Shown here piece after piece: positions 50,001 through 61,248 of a DNA stretch of 64,000 bases. The stretch is from Macrostomum hystrix. Its lineage: Eukaryota > Animalia > Platyhelminthes. Below the pieces are notes generated by a model. The model saw nothing but the letters and a program-made list of their open reading frames with translations. It ran no database searches and was not told where the DNA came from. Position 1 is the first letter of the stretch; each line of letters opens with the position of its first letter. The translations under genes were made by a program, and so were the position numbers. The DNA is taken from assembly GCA_950097015.1 (NCBI GenBank), contig CATNEN010000038.1, forward strand, positions 4,650,001-4,714,000, read 5' to 3'.

Positions 50001-53000
50001 AACAACTACTAACAACTACTAAAGCACTGTCTATGGCCAATCTGAGTTCGCAATAAAAATGAATGCTCAATTAGGAATAATAAACTAAAATGTTCTTTTA
50101 AAATGATAGTCAATCGGGAGCTTTAACAACCTTTCGTGAAACTGAGTCGGACTGGGCAAAAGACAAATTTGCAAAAGACAAAAGATATAATTTGGCATAG
50201 CTAAGCTAAAGGGTGGATTTAGATATTGGAGATTTTTATATTTTAAAATGAGTTTTTTGTCTGAAACAATGTAGGGACTGGCTGGACTATAGGAATCAGC
50301 TAGGCTGACATGCCTTTGTCATTCTGTTGCCGACGAATTCAGGAGAAAAATGCGTGGCTCCACAATTCCGTTATAAAAAGCTTGTTTTCGGGGTAGCCAA
50401 GTCTCACTGGTACTTGTTTTCAAATAAAAAAAATTATTTCTACCAAAAAGGATACGTTCAAAAATCGGGAAATTTTTCCTTTGCGATGCTCCAACCGTAA
50501 AAGTGCAAGTTGGCGTACTTTGTTACCAGTTTAACAAATATAAGCGCCAATTTTAAATTTGGAATGGTTGAGGGTGAGATCTCATTGGAATGGGTCAATT
50601 AGTGTGATATCTTATTGGAATGGGTCAATTAGTGTGATATCTTATTGGAATGGGCCAATTAGTTTGATATCTTATTGGAATGGGCCAATTAGTGTGATAT
50701 CTTATTGGAATGGGCCAATTAGTGTGATATCTTATTGGAATGGGCCAATTAGTGTGATATCTTATTGGAATGGGCCAATTAGTGTGATATCTTATTGGAA
50801 TGGGCCAATTAGTGTGATATCTTATTGGAATGGGCCAATTAGTGTGATATCTTATTGGAATGGGCCAATTAGTGTGATATCTCATTGGAATGGGCCAATT
50901 AGTGTGATATCTTATTGGAATGGGTCAATTAGTGTGATATCTTATTGGAATGGGCCAATTAGTGTGATATCTTATTGGAATGGGCCAATTAGTGTGATAT
51001 CTTATTGGAATGGGTCAATTAGTGTGATATCTCATTGGAATGGGTCAATTAGTGGGATATCTCATTGGAATGGGCCAATTAGTGTGATATCTTATTGGAA
51101 TGGGTCAATTAGTGTGATATCTTATTGGAATGGGCCAATTAGTGTGATATCTTATTGGAATGGGCCAATTAGTGTGATATCTTATTGGAATGGGTCAATT
51201 AGTGTGATATCTCATTGGAATGGGTCAATTAGTGGGATATCTCATTGGAATGGGTCAATTAGTGTGATATCTTATTGGAATGGGCCAATTAGTGTGATAT
51301 CTTATTGGAATGGGTCAATTAGTGTGATATCTCATTGGAATGGGCCAATTAGTGTGATATCTTATTGGAATGGGTCAATTAGTGTGATATCTCATTGGAA
51401 TGGGCCAATTAGTGTGATATCTTATTGGAATGGGTCAATTAGTGTGATATCTCATTGGAATGGGTCAATTAGTGTGATATCTTATTGGAATGGGCCAATT
51501 AGTGTGATATCTTATTGGAATGGGCCAATTAGTGTGATATCTTATTGGAATGGGTCAATTAGTGTGATATCTCATTGGAATGGGCCAATTAGTGTGATAT
51601 CTTATTGGAATGGGTCAATTAGTGTGATATCTCATTGGAATGGGCCAATTAGTGTGATATCTTATTGGAATGGGTCAATTAGTGTGATATCTTATTGGAA
51701 TGGGCCAATTAGTGTGATATCTTATTGGAATGGGCCAATTAGTGTGATATCTTATTGGAATGGGCCAATTAGTGTGATATCTTATTGGAATGGGTCAATT
51801 AGTGTGATATCTTATTGGAATGGGCCAATTAGTGTGATATCTTATTGGAATGGGCCAATTAGTGTGATATCTTATTGGAATGGGTCAATTAGTGTGATAT
51901 CTCATTGGAATGGGTCAATTAGTGGGATATCTCATTGGAATGGGTCAATTAGTGTGATATCTCATTGGAATGGGTCAATTAGTGTGATATCTCATTGGAA
52001 TGGGTCAATTAGTGTGATATCTCATTGGAATGGGTCAATTAGTGTGATATCTTATTGAAATGGGTCAATTAGTGTGATATCTTATTGGAATGGGTCAATT
52101 AGTGTGATATCTTATTGGAATGGGCCAATTAGTGTGATATCTTATTGGAATGGGCCAATTAGTGTGATATCTTATTGGAATGGGCCAATTAGTTTGATAT
52201 CTTATTGGAATGGGTCAATTAGTTTGATATCTTATTGGAATGGGCCAATTAGTGTGATATCTTATTGGAATGGGCCAATTAGTGTGATATCGTATTGGAA
52301 TGGGCCAATTAGTGTGATATCGTATTGGAATGGGTCAATTAGTGTGATATCTTATTGGAATGGGCCAATTAGTGTGATATCTTATTGGAATGGGTCAATT
52401 AGTGTGATATCTCATTGGAATGGGTCAATTAGTGTGATATCTTATTGGAATGGGTCAATTAGTGTGATATCTCATTGGAATGGGTCAATTAGTGTGATAT
52501 CTCATTGGAATGGGTCAATTAGTGTGATATCTTATTGAAATGGGTCAATTAGTGTGATATCTTATTGGAATGGGTCAATTAGTGTGATATCTTATTGGAA
52601 TGGGCCAATTAGTGTGATATCTTATTGGAATGGGCCAATTAGTGTGATATCTCATTGGAATGGGTCAATTAGTGTGATATCTCATTGGAATGGGTCAATT
52701 AGTGTGATATCTTATTGGAATGGGCCAATTAGTGTGATATCTTATTGGAATGGGTCAATTAGTGTGATATCTTATTGGAATGGGCCAATTAGTGTGATAT
52801 CTTATTGGAATGGGCCAATTAGTGTGATATCTCATTGGAATGGGTCAATTAGTGTGATATCTCATTGGAATGGGTCAATTAGTGTGATATCTTATTGGAA
52901 TGGGCCAATTAGTGTGATATCTCATTGGAATGGGCCAATTAGTGTGATATCTTATTGGAATGGGCCAATTAGTGTGATATCTTATTGGAATGGGTCAATT

Positions 53001-56000
53001 AGTGTGATATCTCATTGGAATGGGCCAATTAGTGTGATATCTCATTGGAATGGGCCAATTAGTGTGATATCTTATTGGAATGGGCCAATTAGTGTGATAT
53101 CTCATTGGAATGGGTCAATTAGTGTGATATCTTATTGGAATGGGTCAATTAGTGTGATATCTTATTGGAATGGGCCAATTAGTGTGATATCTTATTGGAA
53201 TGGGCCAATTAGTGTAATATCTCATTGGAATGGGTCAATTAGTGTGATATCTTATTGGAATGGGCCAATTAGTGTGATATCTCATTGGAATGGGTCAATT
53301 AGTGTGATATCTTATTGGAATGGGTCAATTAGTGTGATATCTTATTGGAATGGGCCAATTAGTGTGATATCTTATTGGAATGGGCCAATTAGTGTAATAT
53401 CTCATTGGAATGGGTCAATTAGTGTGATATCTTATTGGAATGGGCCAATTAGTGTGATATCTTATTGGAATGGGTCAATTAGTGTGATATCTCATTGGAA
53501 TGGGTCAATTAGTGTGATATCTTATTGGAATGGGCCAATTAGTGTGATATCTTATTGGAATGGGTCAATTAGTGGGACATCTCATTGGAATGGGTCAATT
53601 AGTGTGATATCTTATTGGAATGGGCCAATTAGTGTGATATCTTATTGGAATGGGCCAATTAGTGTGATATCTTATTGGAATGGGCCAATTAGTGTGATAT
53701 CTTATTGGAATGGGCCAATTAGTGTAATATCTCATTGGAATGGGTCAATTAGTGTGATATCTTATTGGAATGGGCCAATTAGTGTGATATCTTATTGGAA
53801 TGGGTCAATTAGTGTGATATCTCATTGGAATGGGTCAATTAGTGTGATATCTTATTGGAATGGGCCAATTAGTGTGATATCTTATTGGAATGGGTCAATT
53901 AGTGGGACATCTCATTGGAATGGGTCAATTAGTGTGATATCTTATTGGAATGGGCCAATTAGTGTGATATCTTATTGGAATGGGCCAATTAGTGTGATAT
54001 CTTATTGGAATGGGTCAATTAGTGTGATATCTCATTGGAATGGGTCAATTAGTGTGATATCTTATTGGAATGGGCCAATTAGTGTGATATCTTATTGGAA
54101 TGGGTCAATTAGTGGGATATCTCATTGGAATGGGTCAATTAGTGTGATATCTCATTGGAATGGGTCAATTAGTGTGATATCTCATTGGAATGGGTCAATT
54201 AGTGGGATATCTCATTGGAATGGGCCAATTAGTGTGATATCTTATTGGAATGGGCCAATTAGTGTGATATCTCATTGGAATGGGTCAATTAGTGTGATAT
54301 CTCATTGGAATGGGTCAATTAGTGTGATATCTTATTGGAATGGGCCAATTAGTGTGATATCTTATTGGAATGGGTCAATTAGTGTGATATCTTATTGGAA
54401 TGGGCCAATTAGTTTGATATCTTATTGGAATGGGTCAATTAGTGTGATATCTTATTGGAATGGGTCAATTAGTGTGATATCTTATTGGAATGGGCCAATT
54501 AGTTTGATATCTTATTGGAATGGGCCAATTAGTTTGATATCTTATTGGAATGGGTCAATTAGTGTGATATCTCATTGGAATGGGTCAATTAGTGTGATAT
54601 CTTATTGGAATGGGCCAATTAGTGTGATATCTTATTGGAATGGGTCAATTAGTGTGATATCTTATTGGAATGGGTCAATTAGTGTGATATCTTATTGGAA
54701 TGGGCCAATTAGTGTGATATCTCATTGGAATGGGCCAATTAGTGTGATATCTTATTGGAATGGGTCAATTAGTGTGATATCTCATTGGAATGGGTCAATT
54801 AGTGTGATATCCTATTGGAATGGGCCAATTAGTGTGATATCTCATTGGAATGGGCCAATTAGTGTGATATCTCATTGGAATGGGCCAATTAGTGTGATAT
54901 CTCATTGGAATGGGTCAATTAGTGTGATATCTCATTGGAATGGGTCAATTAGTGTGATATCTCATTGGAATGGGTCAATTAGTGTGATATCTCATTGGAA
55001 TGGGCCAATTAGTGTGATATCTTATTGGAATGGGCCAATTAGTGTGATATCTTATTGGAATGGGCCAATTAGTGTGATATCTTATTGGAATGGGCCAATT
55101 AGTGTGATATCTTATTGGAATGGGCCAATTAGTGTGATATCTTATTGGAATGGGTCAATTAGTGTGATATCTTATTGGAATGGGCCAATTAGTGTGATAT
55201 CTTATTGGAATGGGCCAATTAGTGTGATATCTCATTGGAATGGGTCAATTAGTGTGATCTCTTATTGGAATGGGCCAATTAGTGTGATATCTCATTGGAA
55301 TGGGCCAATTAGTGTGATATCTCATTGGAATGGGCCAATTAGTGTGATATCTCATTGGAATGGGCCAATTAGTGTGATATCTCATTGGAATGGGTCAATT
55401 AGTGTGAAATGTCATTGTGACTCAGGGTCAATAATATTCAATTCTATACACAGACCACATGCTGTTGCCAGCATCAATCTTGTACAGGTAGCTGTAAAAG
55501 TTCAAGCCAGTCAGTCCGTCGGAGATATTTATTCCAGCACACGGCCGAGTTGCTAATTAAGCTCAGTTGCAAGCATGGCACCTTAACCAGACAGAAGGAA
55601 ATCCGCTCCTTACAGGCTAGAAAGTAATTTGGTATAAGTAATTGAGTCGGCTGAGGTGTGCAGACAAGAAGTCCTCCAAGTGTGCTCATTCATCCAGTCA
55701 GACATTTCTGGTACTCTTTGTTACTTTAAAAAACGGGATGAGAGGCAGAGCAGCCTTTTGGACCAAGGTCCCTGAGCTCGATTCCGCGGCGAGGCCACAT
55801 TAATTTGGGGCGCAGCCGCGGAGAGAAGGGTTGGGGGCTTGTCGTGCAATTTACGCCCTTAGGAGCTAACCTCCAAGGCACAGTGAAAATGTACACTGCC
55901 TGACGATGAGAAAGTCAGGGCAGATGTACACACCTGTGTGAGCATGTGCCTGCGTACAGTATCTGTGTGGTGTGTGCTCAGGAGTCAGCGAAATGGTCAG

Positions 56001-57899
56001 AATTGCCTCCTTGCTGGCTGCAAGTCAAGTGGAATTATTATTGTTATCTTGTTACTTTAAACAAAAGTGTACTTTTAATTATAGCCGTACGAAGATTTCA
56101 GATGCAGTATTTTAATCTACAGGTAAGATATTCGAATTCATGTAAAAGTAAAACCAGCGACTATTTTTGCTAAAAGCACTCGAAAAACACTTAGCGGATT
56201 TTCTACTCATTTTTTCGGTGAACTTAAGTGCTCGCGAACTAAGCAAGGTAACTCTTAAGCTATTGCCTAGCGCTTCCAAAGACTGAGTACATGCTCTGTT
56301 CAGTCCATGGACTAATGAAGGTCGCCACAACAACAAACATTTCTACCCCAGGTAATAATGATAGCCTGTTTACTGCTGGCTGAATTGAAGCACATAGGAA
56401 TTAAGTAACTTGCTCAATTTGTAACTCTAAAACTCCAGAGCTTGAAGTACAATTAGCTTTAACTATTAATCACAATAGTTCAACTCTAACCATCAAAATA
56501 TTTAAAAATCTCCAGAATCTCACCGGATCTCCATGAGAATCTCACCGGATCTCCATAAGAATCTCACCGGATCTCCATGAGAATCTCTCCGGATCAATAT
56601 TAGAATCTCACCGGATCAATATTAGAATCTCACCGATCAATATTAGAATCTCACCGGATCTCCCCTAGAATCTCACCGGATCTCCCCTAGAATCTCACTG
56701 GATCTCCATGAGAATCTCACCGCATCTCCATGAGAATCTCACCGGATCAATATTAGAATCTCACCGGATCAATATTAGAATCTCACCGGATCTCCCCTAG
56801 AATCTCACCGGATCTCCCCTAGAATCTCACCGGATCTCCCCGAGAGTCTCACCGGATCTCCCCTAGAATCTCACTGGATCTCCATGAGAATCTCACCGCA
56901 TCTCCATTAGAATCTTACCGGATCTCCCCTAGAGTCTCACTGGATCTCCCCTAGAATCTCACTGGATCTCCATGAGAATCTGACCGGATCTCCATGAGAA
57001 TCTCTCCGGATCAATATTAGAATCTCACCGGATCAATATTAGAATCTCACCGGATCAATATTAGAATCTCACCGGATCTCCCCTAGAATCTCACCGGATC
57101 TCCCCTAGAATCTCACCGGATCTCCCCGAGAGTCTCACCGGATCTCCCCTAGAATCTCACTGGATCTCCATGAGAATCTCACCGCATCTCCATTAGAATC
57201 TCACCGGATCTCCCCTAGAATCTCACCGGATCTCCCCTAGAGTCTCACTGGATCTCCCCTAGAATCTCACTGGATCTCCATGAGAATCTCACCGGATCTC
57301 CATTAAAATCTCACCGGATCTCCCCTAGAATCTCACCGGATCTCCCCGGATCTCCCCGAGAGTCTCACCGGATCTCCCCTAGAATCTCACTGGATCTCCA
57401 TGAGAATCTCACCGCATCTCCATTAGAATCTCACCGGATCTCCCCGGATCTCCCCGAGAGTCTCACTGGATCTGCCCTAGAATCTCACCGGATCTCCCCT
57501 AGAATCTCACCGGATCTCCCCTAGAGTCTCACCGGATCTCCTCTAGAATCTCACTGGATCTCCATGAGAATCTTACCGGATCTTCATGAGAATCTCACCG
57601 GATCTCCCCTAGAGTCTCACCGGATCTCCTCTAGAATCTCACCTGACAAACATTTCCACCCCGGTGTCCGCCACGTGTCGATGCACGGCCTTCCAGGAGG
57701 TCTTGAGCTTGTACAATTCTCTGTCGCTCAGGCCGAGTTTCGGGTCCATCTGGCAGCCGGCGGATGCTCCAGAGCGCTCGGATGCCTGGCTCAGAACGCC
57801 TTCCACAGCGGCAGCTCCGTGCGACAGCTTCTTGGCGGAGTCGGCGGGGCCGCAGCTGACAGCGCCGATGCGCGCTGCCTTGGCCGGTGCGCAGCCCAT
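37845..57899 (-). CDS. Globin with N-terminal acylation-type extension (globin X-like), ~224 aa; exons 57899-57643, 43328-43097, 38030-37845
   Basis: Spliced protein MGCAPAK..LSDRELYKLKTSWKAV..TGVEMFVS|LFKTNSELKAMF(CD1)..LAMHGQLVM (distal His E7)..VAGTHTKF (proximal His F8)..KLFW|AMEQPFLSAVRITLEDRY.. Intron phases (2, then 0) and positions fit the ancestral globin B12.2 and G7.0 introns. Confidence 0.88.
38095..38637. repeat. 20-bp minisatellite (ctttcctgacatccaactgt) in globin intron 2
   Basis: About 27 units. Confidence 0.94.
39400..40645 (+). repeat. 10-bp satellite (gtcagggaga/gtcagggaca), left arm of an inverted pair
   Basis: Direct inspection; reverse complement of the 41.07-41.94 kb array. 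Confidence 0.93.
41071..41935 (-). repeat. 10-bp satellite (tccctgactc), right arm of an inverted pair
   Basis: Direct inspection; has a ~120-bp higher-order period. Confidence 0.93.
42390..43053. repeat. 21-bp minisatellite (ctaatggtgtgggacagctgt); 3 further units at ~43648-43710
   Basis: About 31 units next to globin exon 2. Confidence 0.94.
43097..43328 (-). CDS. Globin exon 2 (heme pocket: CD1 Phe, E7 His, F8 His)
   Basis: Acceptor ttgcag|, donor TGG|gtgagt; peptide LFKTNSELKAMFMQF..HGQLVMGVLDEAI..GTHTKFLGFFGKLFW. Confidence 0.9.
43420..48062 (+). repeat. 30-bp satellite (gagatctcacactaattcacccattcccat), ~4.6 kb, in globin intron 1
   Basis: About 150 units, highly homogeneous. Confidence 0.97.
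48724..49825. repeat. 22-bp minisatellite (acaagctagtttactgcaagct)
   Basis: About 50 units, lying in the spacer between the two 30-bp arrays. Confidence 0.95.
50560..55408 (-). repeat. 30-bp satellite (agtgtgatatcttattggaatgggccaatt), ~4.85 kb; inverted relative of the 43.4-48.1 kb array
   Basis: About 160 units. The reverse complement gagatatcacactaattgacccattccaat matches the other array's unit at 25-27 of 30 positions. Confidence 0.97.
55740..56019 (+). mobile_element. Dispersed repeat, possibly a SINE; second inverted copy at 28471-28642
   Basis: 55830-56019 aligns with the reverse complement of 28471-28642 (shared ..ccaaggcacagtgaaa..tgagaaagtcagggcagatgtacacacc..cagaattgcctccttg). A degenerate B-box-like gagctcgattcc lies at 55774-55785. 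Confidence 0.6.
56514..57642 (-). repeat. 22-23-bp minisatellite (gtgagattctaggggagatccg on the gene strand) beginning at the globin intron-1 donor
   Basis: About 50 units; the first unit starts at the GT of the donor. Confidence 0.95.
57643..57899 (-). CDS. Globin exon 1 (MGC N-terminus, A/B helices)
   Basis: ORF 57639-57899; donor CAG|GTGAGA at 57643/57642; globin A-helix pattern LSDRELYKLKTSW. Confidence 0.85.
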
Positions 57900-58296
57900 G
57901 ACGGAACGCCTCGGAATAGTTTCCTGCAGTTGCTTCTAGAAGCAGCGGAATAAGCCTACTGAGATCCGTCCTGCACTGGGGTTGATCCGTCCTGCCTGGA
58001 TCAACCCCAGTCAGGTCCAATCTCTTCTGCGGCTTTCGCACGACTACTCGGTTCTCATTGGTTGAAATGATTTTCGAGCCGTTTGGGTAATTCGCCAATA
58101 GGACTGAAATCCGGAACTGGTCGACTCAGATGCGCCCGGAGTGACGTCGAAGAGGTGGCAGGAACTCAACAGCAAGTATTGCTTTACACAAAGGATTCAA
58201 GACAAACACAACCATTATATTATTCACTAGCCACTGTTCACAACGACCACGAATCACTAGTGATGCCGATTGACAACATCAAAAATATTCACACCC

Positions 58297-58613
58297 TTCA
58301 CGATTCACAACATTCACGATTCACAACATTCAAGATTCACAACATTCAAGATTCACAACATTCATGATTCACAACATTCACGATTCACAACATTCACGAT
58401 TCAAAACGTACACGATTCACAACATTTAAGATTCACAACATTCAAGATTCACAACATTCACGATTCACAACATTCAAGATTCACAACATTCAAATTTTAC
58501 AACATTCATGATTCACAACATTCACGATTCACAACATTCATGATTCACAACATTCAAGATTAACAACATTCAAATTTCACAATATTCAAGATTCACAACA
58601 TCCACGATTCACA
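58297..58613. repeat. 16-bp minisatellite (attcacaacattcaag/cacg) upstream of the globin
   Basis: About 20 units. Confidence 0.92.
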
Positions 58614-59242
58614 AGCTGGAGCGGGAGCATGGCTGTCGGGTCTGACTAATTGCTTTCACTTCAAAGTGGCGTGTGAAAATTGCATGAAGCGGCAGCAGGT
58701 TCAAGGCACCAGGTGCGCTTCCACGAGTTAGAAAAAACCTATTTTAAAGCTCTAGCTTGATGGCATAAATCTCTGGCTTCGGTTGAGGCAACGAAAGAAA
58801 ATTTCCTGATTACTGGAACAATCATTTCTGTTATTTCTGCAGTTGCAATTGTTTATTCAAAGGGAGAATATTTGTGCATCTTACTGAGCAGGAACTCGTG
58901 TCTTTAGTGAGTTCGTCGATGTGGCCCTGAAAGCGTTTCGCATGCACATACGGTTAATATGCTGCTGTTGAATTAAAAGTCTTCAGCAATGCACGGACTA
59001 ATATTGTCGTTTATATTACTATACTTTATAAGTAGTCCGTTGCCGCGGCTTAAAGATATAGGTAAGATATATTCCAGCGGTTCTTGTCGGAGACCCTGCA
59101 TGGTGACAAATTAGACAACTAACGTTGCTTTGTATAACACTTATATGTCGAATCCGTATTGCTTGGTTCAAAAATGAAAAAGTTAACAGTTTAATTCGAA
59201 ATTAAATGGGTCGACTGAAAAATTCAAAATAGTCCACAATGA

Positions 59243-59375
59243 TAAGCCGACATGGTTACAGATTTAAATTTTGTGAGCGGGAAAATGCCAATAATTTTTT
59301 GTTTTTGCCACCAGCCGCGCTTCGACGAGAATCATTGAATATCTCGACAATGCCCATGTTTTGTGATTTTGGAAG
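59243..59375 (+). repeat. Dispersed repeat; second copy at 63472-63598
   Basis: Shared blocks agccgacatggttac, tttttgccaccag, gacgagaatc.ttgaa.atctcgac.atgcc.atgttttgtg. Confidence 0.7.
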
Positions 59376-61248
59376 TGCCGATTTGGTGCCGAATTATGCT
59401 GCTCGAGTCCAGCCGGCATATTTCTGGGACATCCTGGATTTAACAAGAAATCCATTTATATAGGCTAGGCCTGCTGCCTGTATAAAGTTTATTCTTCTGT
59501 GCGCCAGCGGCACACAAGGTGCGTGCGTCAGTGCACGCATGGAAGCTCACACTTTCGAATTATTGTGTCCAGCTGAGGACGACTTTTTTCTGTTCCCGAA
59601 GTGTGCAAGCAGATTCTTTGTCAGAATCTTCTCTTCACCGGAAGAAGCTGTGAATGAGTACTAGTGCAAAGATGTAATCGGGTAGCTCCGGGATGAGGAT
59701 TGCAGCAGGTACTAGCTGGCTCCACAGGATTTTCTTCCAAGAGTAGAGCTGTTGGGGTATGTTGGGGTAATGTTGGGGTAGAGTTCACTTTGAGGATGTT
59801 GTTCAGTTGTCGTTCTGTTGTTCAGGCATACATTCTTGCTCAGGCTAGTAACTTTCTGAGTTACCCTTGCATTGCTTCCTTTGGGTATTTTTTTCCTTTA
59901 GTCTCATGTTGCAACTGTTAGCATTGCAAGAACGAAAAAATATGCGTGGAGGGTAAGAGTGAAGAGTGAAGGGTGAAGAGTGAAGGGTAAACCTACCAGC
60001 TCTCTTTAGAGGGTTACTAACATTTAGCAGAGCTTTAGCTAAGTGACGTTACTAGAAAATAAAACATTTTAAATTATTTAGGCATTCAACGCCACATCGG
60101 TTATTTTTTTCTGTCTCATATTGGTATATAATATTTATATTGTAAATGTTTATTGTTCGAAATCGATATATCAAATTCTATTGTTATATTCATCTGTCGC
60201 CATTTTTTTTTAAATTCTTCAGTACCTTAGGCCTAACCTTTTGTTCACGAACGAACATCGGTTTCCTTTCTAGACATAACTAAGTTGCTCTTACTCGAAA
60301 TTTGCTTATTGTTGATGAAAGTTTGCCCCGCCATATTAATTGTTATTTTATCTAGCTAGGTTAAAATTTTTGAGAAATTTCAAGTTTTTAGAGTAGGGGC
60401 CTACCCACTAGACTGCCAGTGCACACACACCAGTCACCAGTCCAGTAGGGCCTATGGCCTATTGTGTACAGAAACGTGTACATTATTGATCAATGTATGA
60501 AGTATGTGCACCACAGTTGTAATTGGTAGCTAACTAAATGTTTGGCAATCCTCTAGTTTAAGTTTTGCACAATAAATAGGCCTACTTATCTATTTTATAA
60601 CAACAATTTTAATGTAGGCCTATATTATCTTTAAGTTTTTTACCAAATAGATAAACATGACAAACAAGTCTCTCAGGTGTCTGGTGTCATAGAATTGTGC
60701 TCAGACAGCATCATACAGTCATTAGTTGTGTGCCAGGCCCTACCCAGAAAATAATGTTGGCCAAGGTAACAAGGCAAGCTAATGTTAGGCCTAACAAGGC
60801 AAGAATGAAATCAACTTTCCCCCTTAGTCTTTTTGTTTCCCTCTTTCATTCTTAGAATGAAATCATCTGCCCCTTTTCTTCTATACCTTGCCTTGTTATA
60901 ACCACCTTACAAAAGTTGGTTAGGCCTACTAGATTAGAGATTTTGTTGAAATGATTAGGCCTATTAACAGAACATTTTTGTCATACTATAGTTTGTCATT
61001 ATTATAGGCCTAGTTACATTGATATGGCCTAGTCAAATGATAGGTAGGCCTAAATATGTTCATGGAAAATTCTATAAATCACCATATTCATAGTAGGCCT
61101 AGGCCTATAGTAGTAAGTAGAATACCAATTGATACACCATTCTTATAATGCTTTCTAATTGTCAATAGTGAGATCTTCATAGCTATGCTTGACTGAATTT
61201 GAAACCTATATTTCAATGAACTAATTATACACATGGCTTCTATCACAG

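Noticed and set aside
48063-50559. Transposase in the spacer of the large foldback
   Set aside because: No ORF longer than ~70 aa and no recognisable transposase motif.
43655-55556. Long ORFs (MRSHTNSPIP)n and (ISYWNGPISV)n of up to 1000 aa
   Set aside because: Translations of 30-bp satellites inside a globin intron, with sporadic stops; not credible genes.
55735-55800. Possible tRNA gene
   Set aside because: Only a degenerate B-box-like motif and no cloverleaf; at most a SINE head.
57631-58098. 155-aa minus ORF overlapping globin exon 1
   Set aside because: It is in a different frame from the globin, starts at a non-ATG codon, and has no recognisable features.
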